A DNA stretch of 63,342 bases from Thermoplasmatota archaeon (GCA_018334755.1 JAGXLI010000003.1:1-63342), one strand, 5' to 3'. Positions 27,552-37,024 are shown, counted from the stretch's first letter. Numbers and translations are program-made. The notes: generated by a model from the sequence alone, not told the origin.

Positions 27552-29246
27552 ATGATCGATATGAGCGAAGAACACAACATGTACGAATATGAGAAAGTGA
27601 AAGAAGAATTTGAATGGAACATTCCAGAGTACTATAATTTTGCTTTCGATGAGTTGGATGAAAGAGCTGAAGAGATGCCCGACAAGGACGCGCTGATATC
27701 TATAGACAATTCTGGAAAAAACGCCCAGAAACACACTTTCAAAGAATTGAGCGAGTTGTCCAACAAGTTCGCGAATGTCCTCAAGGACATGGGGCTGGAA
27801 AAGGGAGACAGAGCCATGGTCCTGATCCACAGAGTTCCAGAGTGGTACGTCGCTGTGCTCGGCATGATGAAGCTAGGCGTGATACCCATCCCGACTCCGA
27901 ACCTTGCGGTCTCCGAGGACATCACTTACAGGATAAAAAGGTCAAAGGCGCGTACGATAGTGACGGATTGGTCGAATCACGAGAAAGTCCATAAGGTGAG
28001 AGACAAGGAAGAGATGTCCTCGCTTGAGAACTATATTCTAGTGGATGCTGAGGAAGATAAAGAAGGATGGGAGAAATTCGATGAATTGATGGAAGACGCT
28101 TCAAAAGACCTCGAGAAAGATGATATAGAGAAGACAAAGAGCGACGATCCTTTACTCATATACTTCACTTCTGGAACTACCGGAAAGCCGAAGATGGTCC
28201 TGCATACCCATTCCTATCCATTGGGTCACGAAGTTACGGCGAAGTACGTACAGGATCTTAGAAAAGAAGATATAAACTGGACCATCGCCGACAACGGCTG
28301 GGCTAAAGCCGTCTGGGGCAAGCTTTTTGGACAGTGGATCGTAGGAGCGACAGTAGTGCAGCAGAACATCACCGGTAAGTTCGATCCAAAGAAAGCTTTG
28401 AAGGTACTTCAGGATCATAACGTAACGACTTTCTGCGTTCCGCCGACCATCTACAAGATGATGATAAACGAGGATGTAGAGAGTTACGATCTCAGCTCAC
28501 TGCGTCACTGTCTCAGCGCCGGCGAACCTCTAAATCCCGACGTCATAGATAAGTGGGAAGAGTACACCGGCCTGCACATATACGATTATTACGGCCAGAC
28601 GGAATGCGTAGCGCTTGTATCCAATTATCCCACGATGGAAGTCAAACCCGGCTCGATGGGTAAACCTACCCCTGGCCACGAAGTGGACATAATAGACGAC
28701 AACCAGAAAAGGCTACCCCCAGGAGAGGAAGGTCATATCGGTCTCAAAGTCAAACCCGAAAGACCACCCGGTCTTTTCAAAGAATACTGGAAGGACGAAG
28801 ATAAGACCGCTAAGGTTTTCGACGGCGATTGGTATTACACCGGAGACAGGGCCTACAAAGACGAGGACGGATACTTCTGGTTCGTCGGTCGAGCGGACGA
28901 CGTCATCAAAGCTTCCGGTTACAGGATCGGCCCCTTCGAGGTCGAGAGCGCGCTTCAGGAACATCCCGCGGTTCAGGAACCGGCGGTCATAGGTGCTCCG
29001 CACGAAGTGCGAGGAAAGATAGTGAAGGCCTACGTGATCTTGAACGACGATTACGAGCCGAGTGATGATTTGAAGAAAGAACTGCAGGACCACGTGAAGG
29101 AAGTTACCGCTCCTTACAAGTACCCGAGAGAGATAGATTTCATCGATGAACTGCCGAAGACGATAAGCGGCAAGATCAGGAGAACGGAACTGCGCGATAG
29201 AGCTGAAGAAGAGTACCTAGAAGACCACGACCAGTTACCTTACTGA
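27552..29246 (+). CDS. AMP-forming medium/short-chain acyl-CoA synthetase
   Basis: 564 aa. YFTSGTTGKPKMV, YYGQTE, YYTGDRAYKDEDGYFWFVGRADDVIKASGYRIGPFEVE, LPKTISGKIRR. Confidence 0.9.
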   Translation: MIDMSEEHNMYEYEKVKEEFEWNIPEYYNFAFDELDERAEEMPDKDALISIDNSGKNAQKHTFKELSELSNKFANVLKDMGLEKGDRAMVLIHRVPEWYVAVLGMMKLGVIPIPTPNLAVSEDITYRIKRSKARTIVTDWSNHEKVHKVRDKEEMSSLENYILVDAEEDKEGWEKFDELMEDASKDLEKDDIEKTKSDDPLLIYFTSGTTGKPKMVLHTHSYPLGHEVTAKYVQDLRKEDINWTIADNGWAKAVWGKLFGQWIVGATVVQQNITGKFDPKKALKVLQDHNVTTFCVPPTIYKMMINEDVESYDLSSLRHCLSAGEPLNPDVIDKWEEYTGLHIYDYYGQTECVALVSNYPTMEVKPGSMGKPTPGHEVDIIDDNQKRLPPGEEGHIGLKVKPERPPGLFKEYWKDEDKTAKVFDGDWYYTGDRAYKDEDGYFWFVGRADDVIKASGYRIGPFEVESALQEHPAVQEPAVIGAPHEVRGKIVKAYVILNDDYEPSDDLKKELQDHVKEVTAPYKYPREIDFIDELPKTISGKIRRTELRDRAEEEYLEDHDQLPY

Positions 29247-29363
29247 TCGATAAAACCGATAACCAAAATCCCTTCCTTTTTCTTGCTCTACTTTTTTCTC
29301 TGACCGGCTTCAAAAAATAGAAAAAAAACAGAAAACAAAAAAGAAGAAAGAAATAGTTTTGTC

Positions 29364-29780
29364 CTATTCTGGCCTGTGTGTATCTATGGGCCAGAATTTG
29401 TATCCGTAGTATATCAGTCCTTCTTCGCTCTCTTCTCCGAGTTTTCTCATAGATGCCTCGACTTCCATACCTCTTTCAACGTCTTCAAAGTCGACGTCTA
29501 CGATATGACCGGTCAATCTGACCCCTTCTTCCATCTCTACTATTGTCATTATGTAGGGAGAAAGATCTTTGAACTCTGGATGGGGTTCGTGGACTTTCGT
29601 ATAAGTCACGATCTCTCCTCTACCCTCTAATTCCTGTTCCTCCATATTGTGGAAACTTTCTCTTCTACATTCCGGACATATATCTCTTGGAGGAAAGTAC
29701 ATTTTCCCGCAGGCGTTGCAGGTAGACCCTATACCCTTGTATCTCTGCCTGATCTCTCTCCAAAATCTTGGGATCGCCAT
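29364..29780 (-). CDS. DUF35 zinc-ribbon/OB-fold protein (scaffold of the archaeal thiolase-HMGCS complex)
   Basis: 138 aa. CNACGKMYFPPRDICPECRR zinc ribbon followed by an OB-fold region. The stop of the upstream thiolase-like gene abuts its ATG. Confidence 0.85.
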   Translation of the reverse strand: MAIPRFWREIRQRYKGIGSTCNACGKMYFPPRDICPECRRESFHNMEEQELEGRGEIVTYTKVHEPHPEFKDLSPYIMTIVEMEEGVRLTGHIVDVDFEDVERGMEVEASMRKLGEESEEGLIYYGYKFWPIDTHRPE

Positions 29781-30959
29781 CTAAGACCACCTCCTCAAGA
29801 TATGAACAATCGCACTCGCGCCGGTTCCTCCTATGTTATGGATTAGCCCGTATTCTGCATTCTCCACCTGTCTATCTCCTGCCTCTTCTCTCAGTTGTAG
29901 CGTTGCTTCGACCGCCTGATTTATACCGGTAGCGCCGACCGGACGGCCTTTCGCTTTCAGTCCGCCGGAAGTGTTTATCGAGATATCTGAATTCAACTTT
30001 GTCTTCCCTTTCTCGGTCGCCGGGCCGCCTTCTCCTTTGTCGAAGAAGCCCAGATCTTCGATGGCCATTATTTCAGTTATGGTATAATTATCGTGGACCT
30101 CGGCGAAGTCGATATCTTTTGGTCCTATATCTTCTCTCTTGTAAGCCTTTTCAGACGCTCTTTTGGTCGCTTCCATCGTACCTATATCATCTCTCTCGTG
30201 CACGGCCAAGTTGTCGCCACCCTGACCTATACTAGCTATCTCTACAGGTTCGGTCTGGAAGCTTTCAGCTTTCTCCACTGGACACAATGCCACGGCGGCG
30301 GCACCGTCAGAGATCGGAGCGCAGTCGAACATACCTAAGGGATCAGAAACCATGGGTGCGCTCTTGACAAAATCCTTCGAGGTCTCCCTTGGATACTGGG
30401 CGTTAGGGTTCTTAGCCGCGTTCTCATGATTTTTTACGGCAACCTCAGCCAGTTGGTCCTTCGTTGTGCCGTACTCGTCCATATGGTATCTAGCCATCAT
30501 CGCATAGAGGGAATCGAAAGTTGCTCCGAAGACCGTTTCCCATTCTTGATCGGCTGTAGAGGAAAGGATATCTTTCGCCTCCTGTTCTCCGACATCGGTC
30601 ATCTTCTCCGCTCCTCCGACGACGACGAAGTCATCCATGCCTGAAGCTACCGATTTGTATCCCTCGGCCAGAGCCATACCTCCGGAAGCACCTCCGGATT
30701 CTATCCTCGTTGAAGGTACTTCGCTCAATCCGGCGTAATCCGCTATCAGCGGGGCGATATGTTCCTGATTTATGAGCTTGCCGGCTGACATATTGCCTAT
30801 ATACATCTTCTCGACTTCGTCACCTCTCATCCCAGCATCTTTCAATGCCTTCAGACCGGCTTCGATGCCCAGTTCTCTCAGCGATTTATCCCAGAGTTCT
30901 CCTATTTGGGTCTCTCCTATACCTATTATAGCTACGTCTCTCAAATCATCCACCTCCAT
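29781..30959 (-). CDS. Archaeal-type (SCP2-like) thiolase homologue lacking the catalytic Cys and His
   Basis: [70 protein letters not shown]. The nucleophile motif reads ESGGASGG and the C-terminal motif reads [11 protein letters not shown] 30959 (MEVDD...) overlaps the HMGCS stop. Confidence 0.85.
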   Translation of the reverse strand: MEVDDLRDVAIIGIGETQIGELWDKSLRELGIEAGLKALKDAGMRGDEVEKMYIGNMSAGKLINQEHIAPLIADYAGLSEVPSTRIESGGASGGMALAEGYKSVASGMDDFVVVGGAEKMTDVGEQEAKDILSSTADQEWETVFGATFDSLYAMMARYHMDEYGTTKDQLAEVAVKNHENAAKNPNAQYPRETSKDFVKSAPMVSDPLGMFDCAPISDGAAAVALCPVEKAESFQTEPVEIASIGQGGDNLAVHERDDIGTMEATKRASEKAYKREDIGPKDIDFAEVHDNYTITEIMAIEDLGFFDKGEGGPATEKGKTKLNSDISINTSGGLKAKGRPVGATGINQAVEATLQLREEAGDRQVENAEYGLIHNIGGTGASAIVHILRRWS

Positions 30960-32007
30960 GGATCTTATCTCTATATTTAGCATACACTGCATATGAGATG
31001 TATTCTTCTCCAGTCGTAACGTCTTCTATCTTTGGAACGTCCTGCTCCTCTATCTTCTCTATGTTTTCGGTCACTTTGATATCGAAACTGTCGGCTCCAG
31101 CTCCTGAGCCGTATGAAGTCACCAGTATATTATCTCCAGGTTCTGCCTGATCTAATGTTGCCGCTAATCCCAGGGGAACAGCGCCTGAATAAGTGTTGCC
31201 TATTTTTGGAACTAGAAGGCCGGGCTCTATCTGTTCTTTAGAGAAACCCATCTTTTTTGCCGCCTTCATGGGAAACTTACCGTTAGGTTGATGGAAGACC
31301 GCATAGTCGTAATCTTCGGGCTCTTTTCCAGTTTCCTCTAGCAACTTTTCAGTACAAGTGGTAACATGTTTAAAGTAAGCCGGTTTACCAGTGAACCTTC
31401 CACCGTGCTGCGGATATTTTTCTCCCTCTCTTCTCCAGAAGTCAGGGGTATCTGTCGTAAAAGAGCAGGTACGTTCTATCGTTGCTAGAAGGTCTTCGGA
31501 CCCGATCACATAGGCGGCGCCTCCGGCTCCCGCCGAATATTCTAAAGCATCAGACGGAGCTCCCTGTGAAGTGTCCGCTCCGATGGCCATACCGTTCTTG
31601 ATCATACCTGAACTCACCATCCCCATACAGGTCTGGAATGCGGCCGTACCTGCCTTACAGGCGAATTCATAATCGGCTGCCGTCATATGTGGAGAAGCCG
31701 CTAAGGAAGCCGCTACGATGGTGGCAGTCGGCTTCACCGCGTAGGGATGCGACTCCGAACCGACATATATCGCATCTAGATCGTTTCCCTTTATACCCGC
31801 TCTCTGGATCGCCCACTTCGCGGCTTGAGTAGAGATCGTTACAACGTCCTCATCTGGAGCCGGGACCGACTTTTGCTCGATCCTCAGACCCTTTCCCATG
31901 GCTTCGCCGTCCTTTCCCCAGACATCACCGATCTCTTTGGGGGTGATCCTGTACTTAGGGACATAACCCGCATATCCTTTTATTCCAACTTCTTTTTCCG
32001 TTTTCAT
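30946..32007 (-). CDS. Hydroxymethylglutaryl-CoA synthase (archaeal)
   Basis: 353 aa. [36 protein letters not shown] (catalytic Cys), FHQPNGKF. Confidence 0.9.
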   Translation of the reverse strand: MKTEKEVGIKGYAGYVPKYRITPKEIGDVWGKDGEAMGKGLRIEQKSVPAPDEDVVTISTQAAKWAIQRAGIKGNDLDAIYVGSESHPYAVKPTATIVAASLAASPHMTAADYEFACKAGTAAFQTCMGMVSSGMIKNGMAIGADTSQGAPSDALEYSAGAGGAAYVIGSEDLLATIERTCSFTTDTPDFWRREGEKYPQHGGRFTGKPAYFKHVTTCTEKLLEETGKEPEDYDYAVFHQPNGKFPMKAAKKMGFSKEQIEPGLLVPKIGNTYSGAVPLGLAATLDQAEPGDNILVTSYGSGAGADSFDIKVTENIEKIEEQDVPKIEDVTTGEEYISYAVYAKYRDKIHGGG

Positions 32008-32013
32008 ATGATA

Positions 32014-32685
32014 TCACGACCTTTTTTCCAATATCTTTATCAATCTTTGAACCTCAAAGTCAGTCTTGAGTAGAGGAACGCCTTCCTTTTCCGCTAATTT
32101 CGTCGATAATTTATCGACTTTCTTCGGCTGTATGTAGCATACGGCCGCAGGGGTCAACGGAGTGGAACGGATAGCTACAAGAGGCGATCGACCGTGTTCT
32201 ACTCCTTTAAAAAATAAGATCCTCTCCGTGCTCCATCCGTAAAGGCTTAGGTAATCGAAAGATCTCATGGATAAGATGGCTTTGATACTATCTATAACCG
32301 TATAACCGTAGATCTCATGGTCTAATCTTCCCTCATATATCGGTTCTCCTTCGACCTCATCGATTATCTCTTTTAGGGGCACCCCTTCACCAAATTCTCC
32401 TATGCTCAAGATACCCTCACGGCCTGGCCTAGAGAACCGATCTATCACCTCCCCGCCTCTCTCTTCATCTATCGCGATCAAGGACTCAACTATATTTCTG
32501 ACCAGTGTAGCACCGGGCTTCCGCCTCCCCTTCTCATAATCGCTGATAACGGAGGGTGACACTTCCATCCTCTCCGCAAGCCTGGTCTGAGAGACTTCGA
32601 ACATCTCTCTCCATTTTTTTATTACCTCGCCGGGGTTCTCAGAGATGGTTATCTCCCCAGCGATCTTTTCTTCCAATTCAGACAT
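32014..32685 (-). CDS. HTH (Cro/C1, XRE-type) transcription regulator with an archaeal C-terminal domain
   Basis: 223 aa. FEVSQTRLAERMEVSPSVISDYEKGRRKP helix-turn-helix. Its stop lies 6 nt upstream of the HMGCS ATG on the same strand. Confidence 0.75.
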   Translation of the reverse strand: MSELEEKIAGEITISENPGEVIKKWREMFEVSQTRLAERMEVSPSVISDYEKGRRKPGATLVRNIVESLIAIDEERGGEVIDRFSRPGREGILSIGEFGEGVPLKEIIDEVEGEPIYEGRLDHEIYGYTVIDSIKAILSMRSFDYLSLYGWSTERILFFKGVEHGRSPLVAIRSTPLTPAAVCYIQPKKVDKLSTKLAEKEGVPLLKTDFEVQRLIKILEKRS

Positions 32686-32738
32686 CTTTATGGAGTGTAG
32701 AAAAGGGAACTATATAAAATTGTCGAATATCTATATCG

Positions 32739-33251
32739 TCAATAGTCTAAAAAGATCCGTCGTTTTTTCAACAGAGATTCAAATCTCTTCTCACAGCTCC
32801 TGCAGTACCACTTAGATTTCTTATCCGTGTCCAGCAGGGAGTTAGAAAAATGCATCACACATCTGCGGTTGGAACAATGTTCCAGACCGACAACATGACC
32901 GATCTCGTGTACCGCCTCTTTGATCATCCTCTCTTTCATCTTTTCGCCATCGCCCAACCGGTGTGTAGAGATTATGCATCCCTTCCCGTCTTTTTCCGCG
33001 AGCCCGAAGATGAAATTTAGATGACCAGTAAAAAGATCATGGTCGGTGAGGCCTATAACGATATCATCCAGTTTTTCTCCTCTTTTGGAACAGACCTCTA
33101 AATACCCTCTTCCTTTATATTGACCTCTGTTCGGATCATACATATCTTCCAATTCGACATGTTCTTCTAGCACCTGATTCTTAAATGGGATCTCTTCTGA
33201 GAGTACGTTGGGATCCTCGACCGATGTTTCAAAAGGTAACATGTATAGCAT
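32739..33251 (-). CDS. amzA: Archaemetzincin (zinc metallopeptidase)
   Basis: 170 aa. HEIGHVVGLEHCSNRRCVMHFS ... CRSC. Confidence 0.85.
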   Translation of the reverse strand: MLYMLPFETSVEDPNVLSEEIPFKNQVLEEHVELEDMYDPNRGQYKGRGYLEVCSKRGEKLDDIVIGLTDHDLFTGHLNFIFGLAEKDGKGCIISTHRLGDGEKMKERMIKEAVHEIGHVVGLEHCSNRRCVMHFSNSLLDTDKKSKWYCRSCEKRFESLLKKRRIFLDY

Positions 33252-33479
33252 ATTTTCAGTTCATAAAGATTACAGAGAATCCTCGATAAATACCTTTCTC
33301 ATCACTACTTAAACGCTTCAGGTTTTTGCACGACCGGCACTCGAAAATTTCTGCAGCTCGTCAGTTTCGACCTATTTTATCCACTTGAAGCACATCGATA
33401 TGAGTGTCCCGGCCTTAGCTCTTTTGGTGTAATTGATAATGAAAATATCAGATGATAATCGCGGCAGACCGACCCTTGC

Positions 33480-33488
33480 TTTTAAATA
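33480..33488 (+). promoter_or_regulatory. TATA box of the tbp promoter
   Basis: TTTTAAATA centred about 41 nt upstream of ATG 33525. Confidence 0.4.
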
Positions 33489-33524
33489 GGGGTATTTAAT
33501 TAGGAAGGGGCAGAGTGATTGAAT

Positions 33525-34073
33525 ATGGAAGGTTTAACGATTGAAAATGTGGTAGCATCATCGTCGATAGGGAAAGAGCTGGATCTGTGGGATGTGCATG
33601 AAGCGCTGGAAGGATCAGAATATGATCCTGATAAGTTTCCGGGATTGATCTACAAGATGGATCAACCGAATACTTCTCTCCTACTATTCTCCAGCGGCAA
33701 GATGGTCTGTACCGGTGGAGTCACCTTAGAAGAGCCTCAAAAGAGTGTAGATAAGATAAAGAACCTCCTGAACGAGGGCGGTATAGAGACGGCCGATGAG
33801 GTGAAAGCCACTATTCAGAATATAGTAGCTTCTTATGAATTAGATACTGATCTCAATCTGAATTCTGTAGCCATTACACTCGGACTCGAAAGGGTCGAAT
33901 ACGAACCGGAACAGTTCCCTGGTTTGGTTTACAGGTTACAGGACTCGCCAGTCGTGCTTCTCTTGTTCGGTTCAGGAAGGATGGTCTGCACCGGCGGAAA
34001 AAATGAAGAACAGTTGGAAGAAGGCGTTGAACACATCAAGGACGAATTGAAGAAAGCCGGACTGCTAGATTAA
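33525..34073 (+). CDS. tbp: TATA-box binding protein
   Basis: Two TBP repeats (IENVVASSSIGKELDL ... MVCTGG; IQNIVASYELDTDLNL ... MVCTGG). ATG 33525 is preferred over TTG 33519. Confidence 0.93.
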   Translation: MEGLTIENVVASSSIGKELDLWDVHEALEGSEYDPDKFPGLIYKMDQPNTSLLLFSSGKMVCTGGVTLEEPQKSVDKIKNLLNEGGIETADEVKATIQNIVASYELDTDLNLNSVAITLGLERVEYEPEQFPGLVYRLQDSPVVLLLFGSGRMVCTGGKNEEQLEEGVEHIKDELKKAGLLD

Positions 34074-34120
34074 AAAGAAAAAAAACAAAAAAGAAAAAAA
34101 CTTTTCCCTAACACTCTTCT

Positions 34121-35269
34121 TTACACCAGTTCTTCGACCATGTCGGTCTTTTCCCAGGTGAATTCCTCTTTCTCTCTTCCGAAATGTCCATAGGCTGCAG
34201 TTTTTTCATAGATCGGTCTTTTGAGTTCAAGATGGTCTATCATCTCTGCCGGTCTTAGAGGGAATTTTTCTTTAGTCAGTTTCTCTATCTTTCTCTCCGG
34301 GATATTGTTGGTTCCGTAGGTGTTGACGAGTATACTGGTTGGTTCAGGGACGCCTATGGCGTAGCTGAGCTGGACCTCGCATTTTTCAGCTAGTCCTGCT
34401 GCGATCAGATTTTTAGCTATATATCTAGCCATGTATGCACCCGATCGGTCCACCTTAGAGGGATCTTTACCTGAGAAGCATCCACCACCGTGGCTTCCGT
34501 GACCTCCGTAAGTGTCCACTATGATCTTCCTACCGGTCAAACCGGTATCTGCCTGGGGCCCTCCTAATACGAACCTTCCGGTCTCATTTATGTTGAAGGT
34601 GGTGTCATCATCTACCAGATCTCCACATATCGGATCGATCACCTCTCTCTTGATATCTTCCCTCAACTTTTCGTCTTCCACGTCTTGATCGTGTTGAGCC
34701 GCTATCACCACGTCGTCTATCCTTTTTGCGGTGTCCCCTTCGTATTCTATCGTAACCTGGGACTTTCCATCTGGCCGTAGGTACTTAAGCTTACCTTCTT
34801 TACGAACGTCCGTCAACTTTTTTGATAACTTGTGAGCCGTTATGATAGGCATAGGCATCTTCTCTTCCGTTTCCGTAGTGGCGTAACCGAACATGATCCC
34901 CTGGTCGCCGGCACCTTGTACTTCTCTATCTACGCCCTGGGCGATGTCGGGGCTCTGTGAATGTATAGCGGTCATCACCCCGCAGGAGTCGGCCTCAAAA
35001 CCGTACTCGTGCTCGGTATATCCGATATTATCTATTGTGTCCCTGACGACGTCGTTGACATCTACATATCCGTCACAGGTGACTTCACCTCCGACGAATG
35101 CCAACCCATTGGTCAGGATGGTTTCGACGGCCACCCTCGAGCTCGGATCCTCTCGTATCAATTCATCTAAAATCGAATCGCTGATCTTATCCGCCATCTT
35201 GTCTGGATGCCCTTCCGTAACTGATTCTGAGGTCAGATAATATTTCCGATCTCTATCTCTTCTTCTCAT
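34121..35269 (-). CDS. metK: S-adenosylmethionine synthetase, bacterial/eukaryotic MetK type
   Basis: 382 aa. [49 protein letters not shown]. Confidence 0.93.
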   Translation of the reverse strand: MRRRDRDRKYYLTSESVTEGHPDKMADKISDSILDELIREDPSSRVAVETILTNGLAFVGGEVTCDGYVDVNDVVRDTIDNIGYTEHEYGFEADSCGVMTAIHSQSPDIAQGVDREVQGAGDQGIMFGYATTETEEKMPMPIITAHKLSKKLTDVRKEGKLKYLRPDGKSQVTIEYEGDTAKRIDDVVIAAQHDQDVEDEKLREDIKREVIDPICGDLVDDDTTFNINETGRFVLGGPQADTGLTGRKIIVDTYGGHGSHGGGCFSGKDPSKVDRSGAYMARYIAKNLIAAGLAEKCEVQLSYAIGVPEPTSILVNTYGTNNIPERKIEKLTKEKFPLRPAEMIDHLELKRPIYEKTAAYGHFGREKEEFTWEKTDMVEELV

Positions 35270-35368
35270 GTCGATCTAACTCCTTTTCCACGCATTATAA
35301 CGTATCCCCTATATTTATTTTGCTTTAACCTGAGTGTGTCAATAATTTAGTGATATAATAGATTTAAA

Positions 35369-35527
35369 GTGGAAGTCGGAACTTTTTAAACTAAAGTTCC
35401 AACATCCACAACTCACTGAGGAATTCACAAGAATTCCTCATGTCGTAGGAATTTAGAAAAATTCCTACTAACTTGGAATTTCCTATTGGAAATTCCGAGA
35501 GTCGATGGAATTTGCTCGCAAATTCCA
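35369..35527. repeat. Array of five tandem hairpins/palindromes sharing a GGAAYTT half-site
   Basis: H0 35369-35409 is imperfect (core GGAACTTT/AAAGTTCC). H1 35417-35440 TGAGGAATTC-ACAA-GAATTCCTCA. H2 35445-35468 GTAGGAATTT-AGAA-AAATTCCTAC. H3 35475-35496 GGAATTTCC-TATT-GGAAATTCC. H4 35506-35527 TGGAATTTG-CTCG-CAAATTCCA. H1-H4 have perfect 9-10 bp stems, 4-nt loops and centres 28-31 nt apart. Confidence 0.85.
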
Positions 35528-35779
35528 GTAGACGTCAATGACTCTATAAAAGTTCAAAAAGTTACGTCTTTGACTATAATAAGGAAAAGATTGTTTGCTA
35601 GACTTGCTACCCAAAAATCATGAACGCCCCAAAATGCTTTGAAGTGAAAGAAGGAGGCAAGTCCTGCAAAAGTTGACAGACTCTCTACAACAAAATCTTT
35701 TTATTCCCATATTACTGTTATGTAACAGGGTATACTATTATGAGTAATAAGATACTAACCCAGATATAGAGGTGAAGAT

Positions 35780-36874
35780 ATGGGGTTTATCGCCAGGATC
35801 AAGAGAGCATGGAAACTGATGAAAACGAGCTGGGGAGTCGTTATGTCGGAGAAAAAACTCATGCTCTACCCGGTAGTGACTCTTGTCGTATCCCTCATAG
35901 TTTTAGCATCGTTTATAGTGCCCCTCTTCTTTTGGATGCCAGTAGAGAACATTTATCTGCTTCTAGCATATCTCTTCTTACTTTATCTAGTGTTATCCTT
36001 CGTGGGGATCTTATTCAACGCTTCCATCGTAGGTTATGCGGCGGAGAAGTTCAAAGGCAGACAACCAGATTTCGGTGACGGGCTGGACCTCGCTTTGAGC
36101 AGATGGCCAAAACTCCTCGGCTGGTCCATACTCTCGGCGATAGTTGGCATGCTTATCAGAATCCTTAAAAGGGCTCTACGGAAGAAATTTGGATTCCTTG
36201 GAAGTCTTATAGGCGGGATCCTAGGGGTGGGGTGGACCTACGCCACTTTCTTCGTACTCCCAGTGCTCCTGATGGAGGAAGAGGGTGTCTTTTCCTCGAT
36301 CAAGAAGAGCGCGTTCTTGTTCAAAGATACTTGGGGTGAAACCGTGGCTGGAAGGATCGGTTTTGGGCTGATATTTACTGGATTAGGATTACTCGGGGTC
36401 CTGGCCTTTATCGGAGCCCTGATGACAGGAGCACCTTTTCTGGTCGCTTTTGTATTGCTGGTGATATACCTTCTGGTGATATTTGCACTCCACTCGGCCA
36501 TGAAGAGCGTCTTCGTGACGGCTCTTTACCAGTTCGCCACTGAAGGGACGCTTCCCGGTCCTTACAGTAGAGACCTGTTCCCTGATGCACAATCTTCCGC
36601 CGTCGGAGGAGGCGCTCAAACTCAAAAATCTGAAAGCGCCGCTCCGAGTCAACCATCGAATCAGAGCGGAGTCCTAGAAGATATGGAAGGTGTTGATGTG
36701 ATGCAGCCTGGAAACAGAGGGACATCAAAACAACGAGGTTCCCGAACTCAGACTCAAAAGACGTCTCCGTCGTCCGAAAAAGATTCCAGATATTGTCCTG
36801 ACTGCGGTGAAGAACTTAGGTATTTCGAAGAGTCTGGAAGATGGTACTGTGACAACTGCTACCAGTATAAGTGA
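35780..36874 (+). CDS. Membrane protein with a low-complexity linker and C-terminal zinc ribbon, function unknown
   Basis: 364 aa. About 6 hydrophobic helices, an S/Q/G-rich linker, then YCPDCGEELRYFEESGRWYCDNC. Confidence 0.6.
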   Translation: MGFIARIKRAWKLMKTSWGVVMSEKKLMLYPVVTLVVSLIVLASFIVPLFFWMPVENIYLLLAYLFLLYLVLSFVGILFNASIVGYAAEKFKGRQPDFGDGLDLALSRWPKLLGWSILSAIVGMLIRILKRALRKKFGFLGSLIGGILGVGWTYATFFVLPVLLMEEEGVFSSIKKSAFLFKDTWGETVAGRIGFGLIFTGLGLLGVLAFIGALMTGAPFLVAFVLLVIYLLVIFALHSAMKSVFVTALYQFATEGTLPGPYSRDLFPDAQSSAVGGGAQTQKSESAAPSQPSNQSGVLEDMEGVDVMQPGNRGTSKQRGSRTQTQKTSPSSEKDSRYCPDCGEELRYFEESGRWYCDNCYQYK

Positions 36875-37024
36875 GATCCTGCTCAGCATCTTCAGTCTTT
36901 CTTCCATATCGATCACCGCTCTCTCCGGGAGTTCTATGAAGTACGGCGATCTGCCTTTTCTTCTACTTTCCGAAGGAACACAATATATGAAAACAGTTAT
37001 AATCTATCGGGGAGATATAGATAT

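Noticed and set aside
35270-35368. Possible SAM riboswitch in the metK leader (minus strand)
   Set aside because: The roughly 100-nt leader shows none of the conserved SAM-I/II/III helices or junction sequences by eye. It is A/T-rich with a promoter-like TATA instead.
35369-35527. Hairpin array read as a CRISPR array or a replication origin
   Set aside because: It is not a CRISPR: the units are not identical direct repeats, they abut each other without 30-40 nt spacers, and no cas genes are present. An origin is unlikely: there is no orc1/cdc6 gene nearby, no ORB-type consensus that I recognise and no obvious long AT-rich unwinding element. I cannot fully exclude it without genome-wide skew data.
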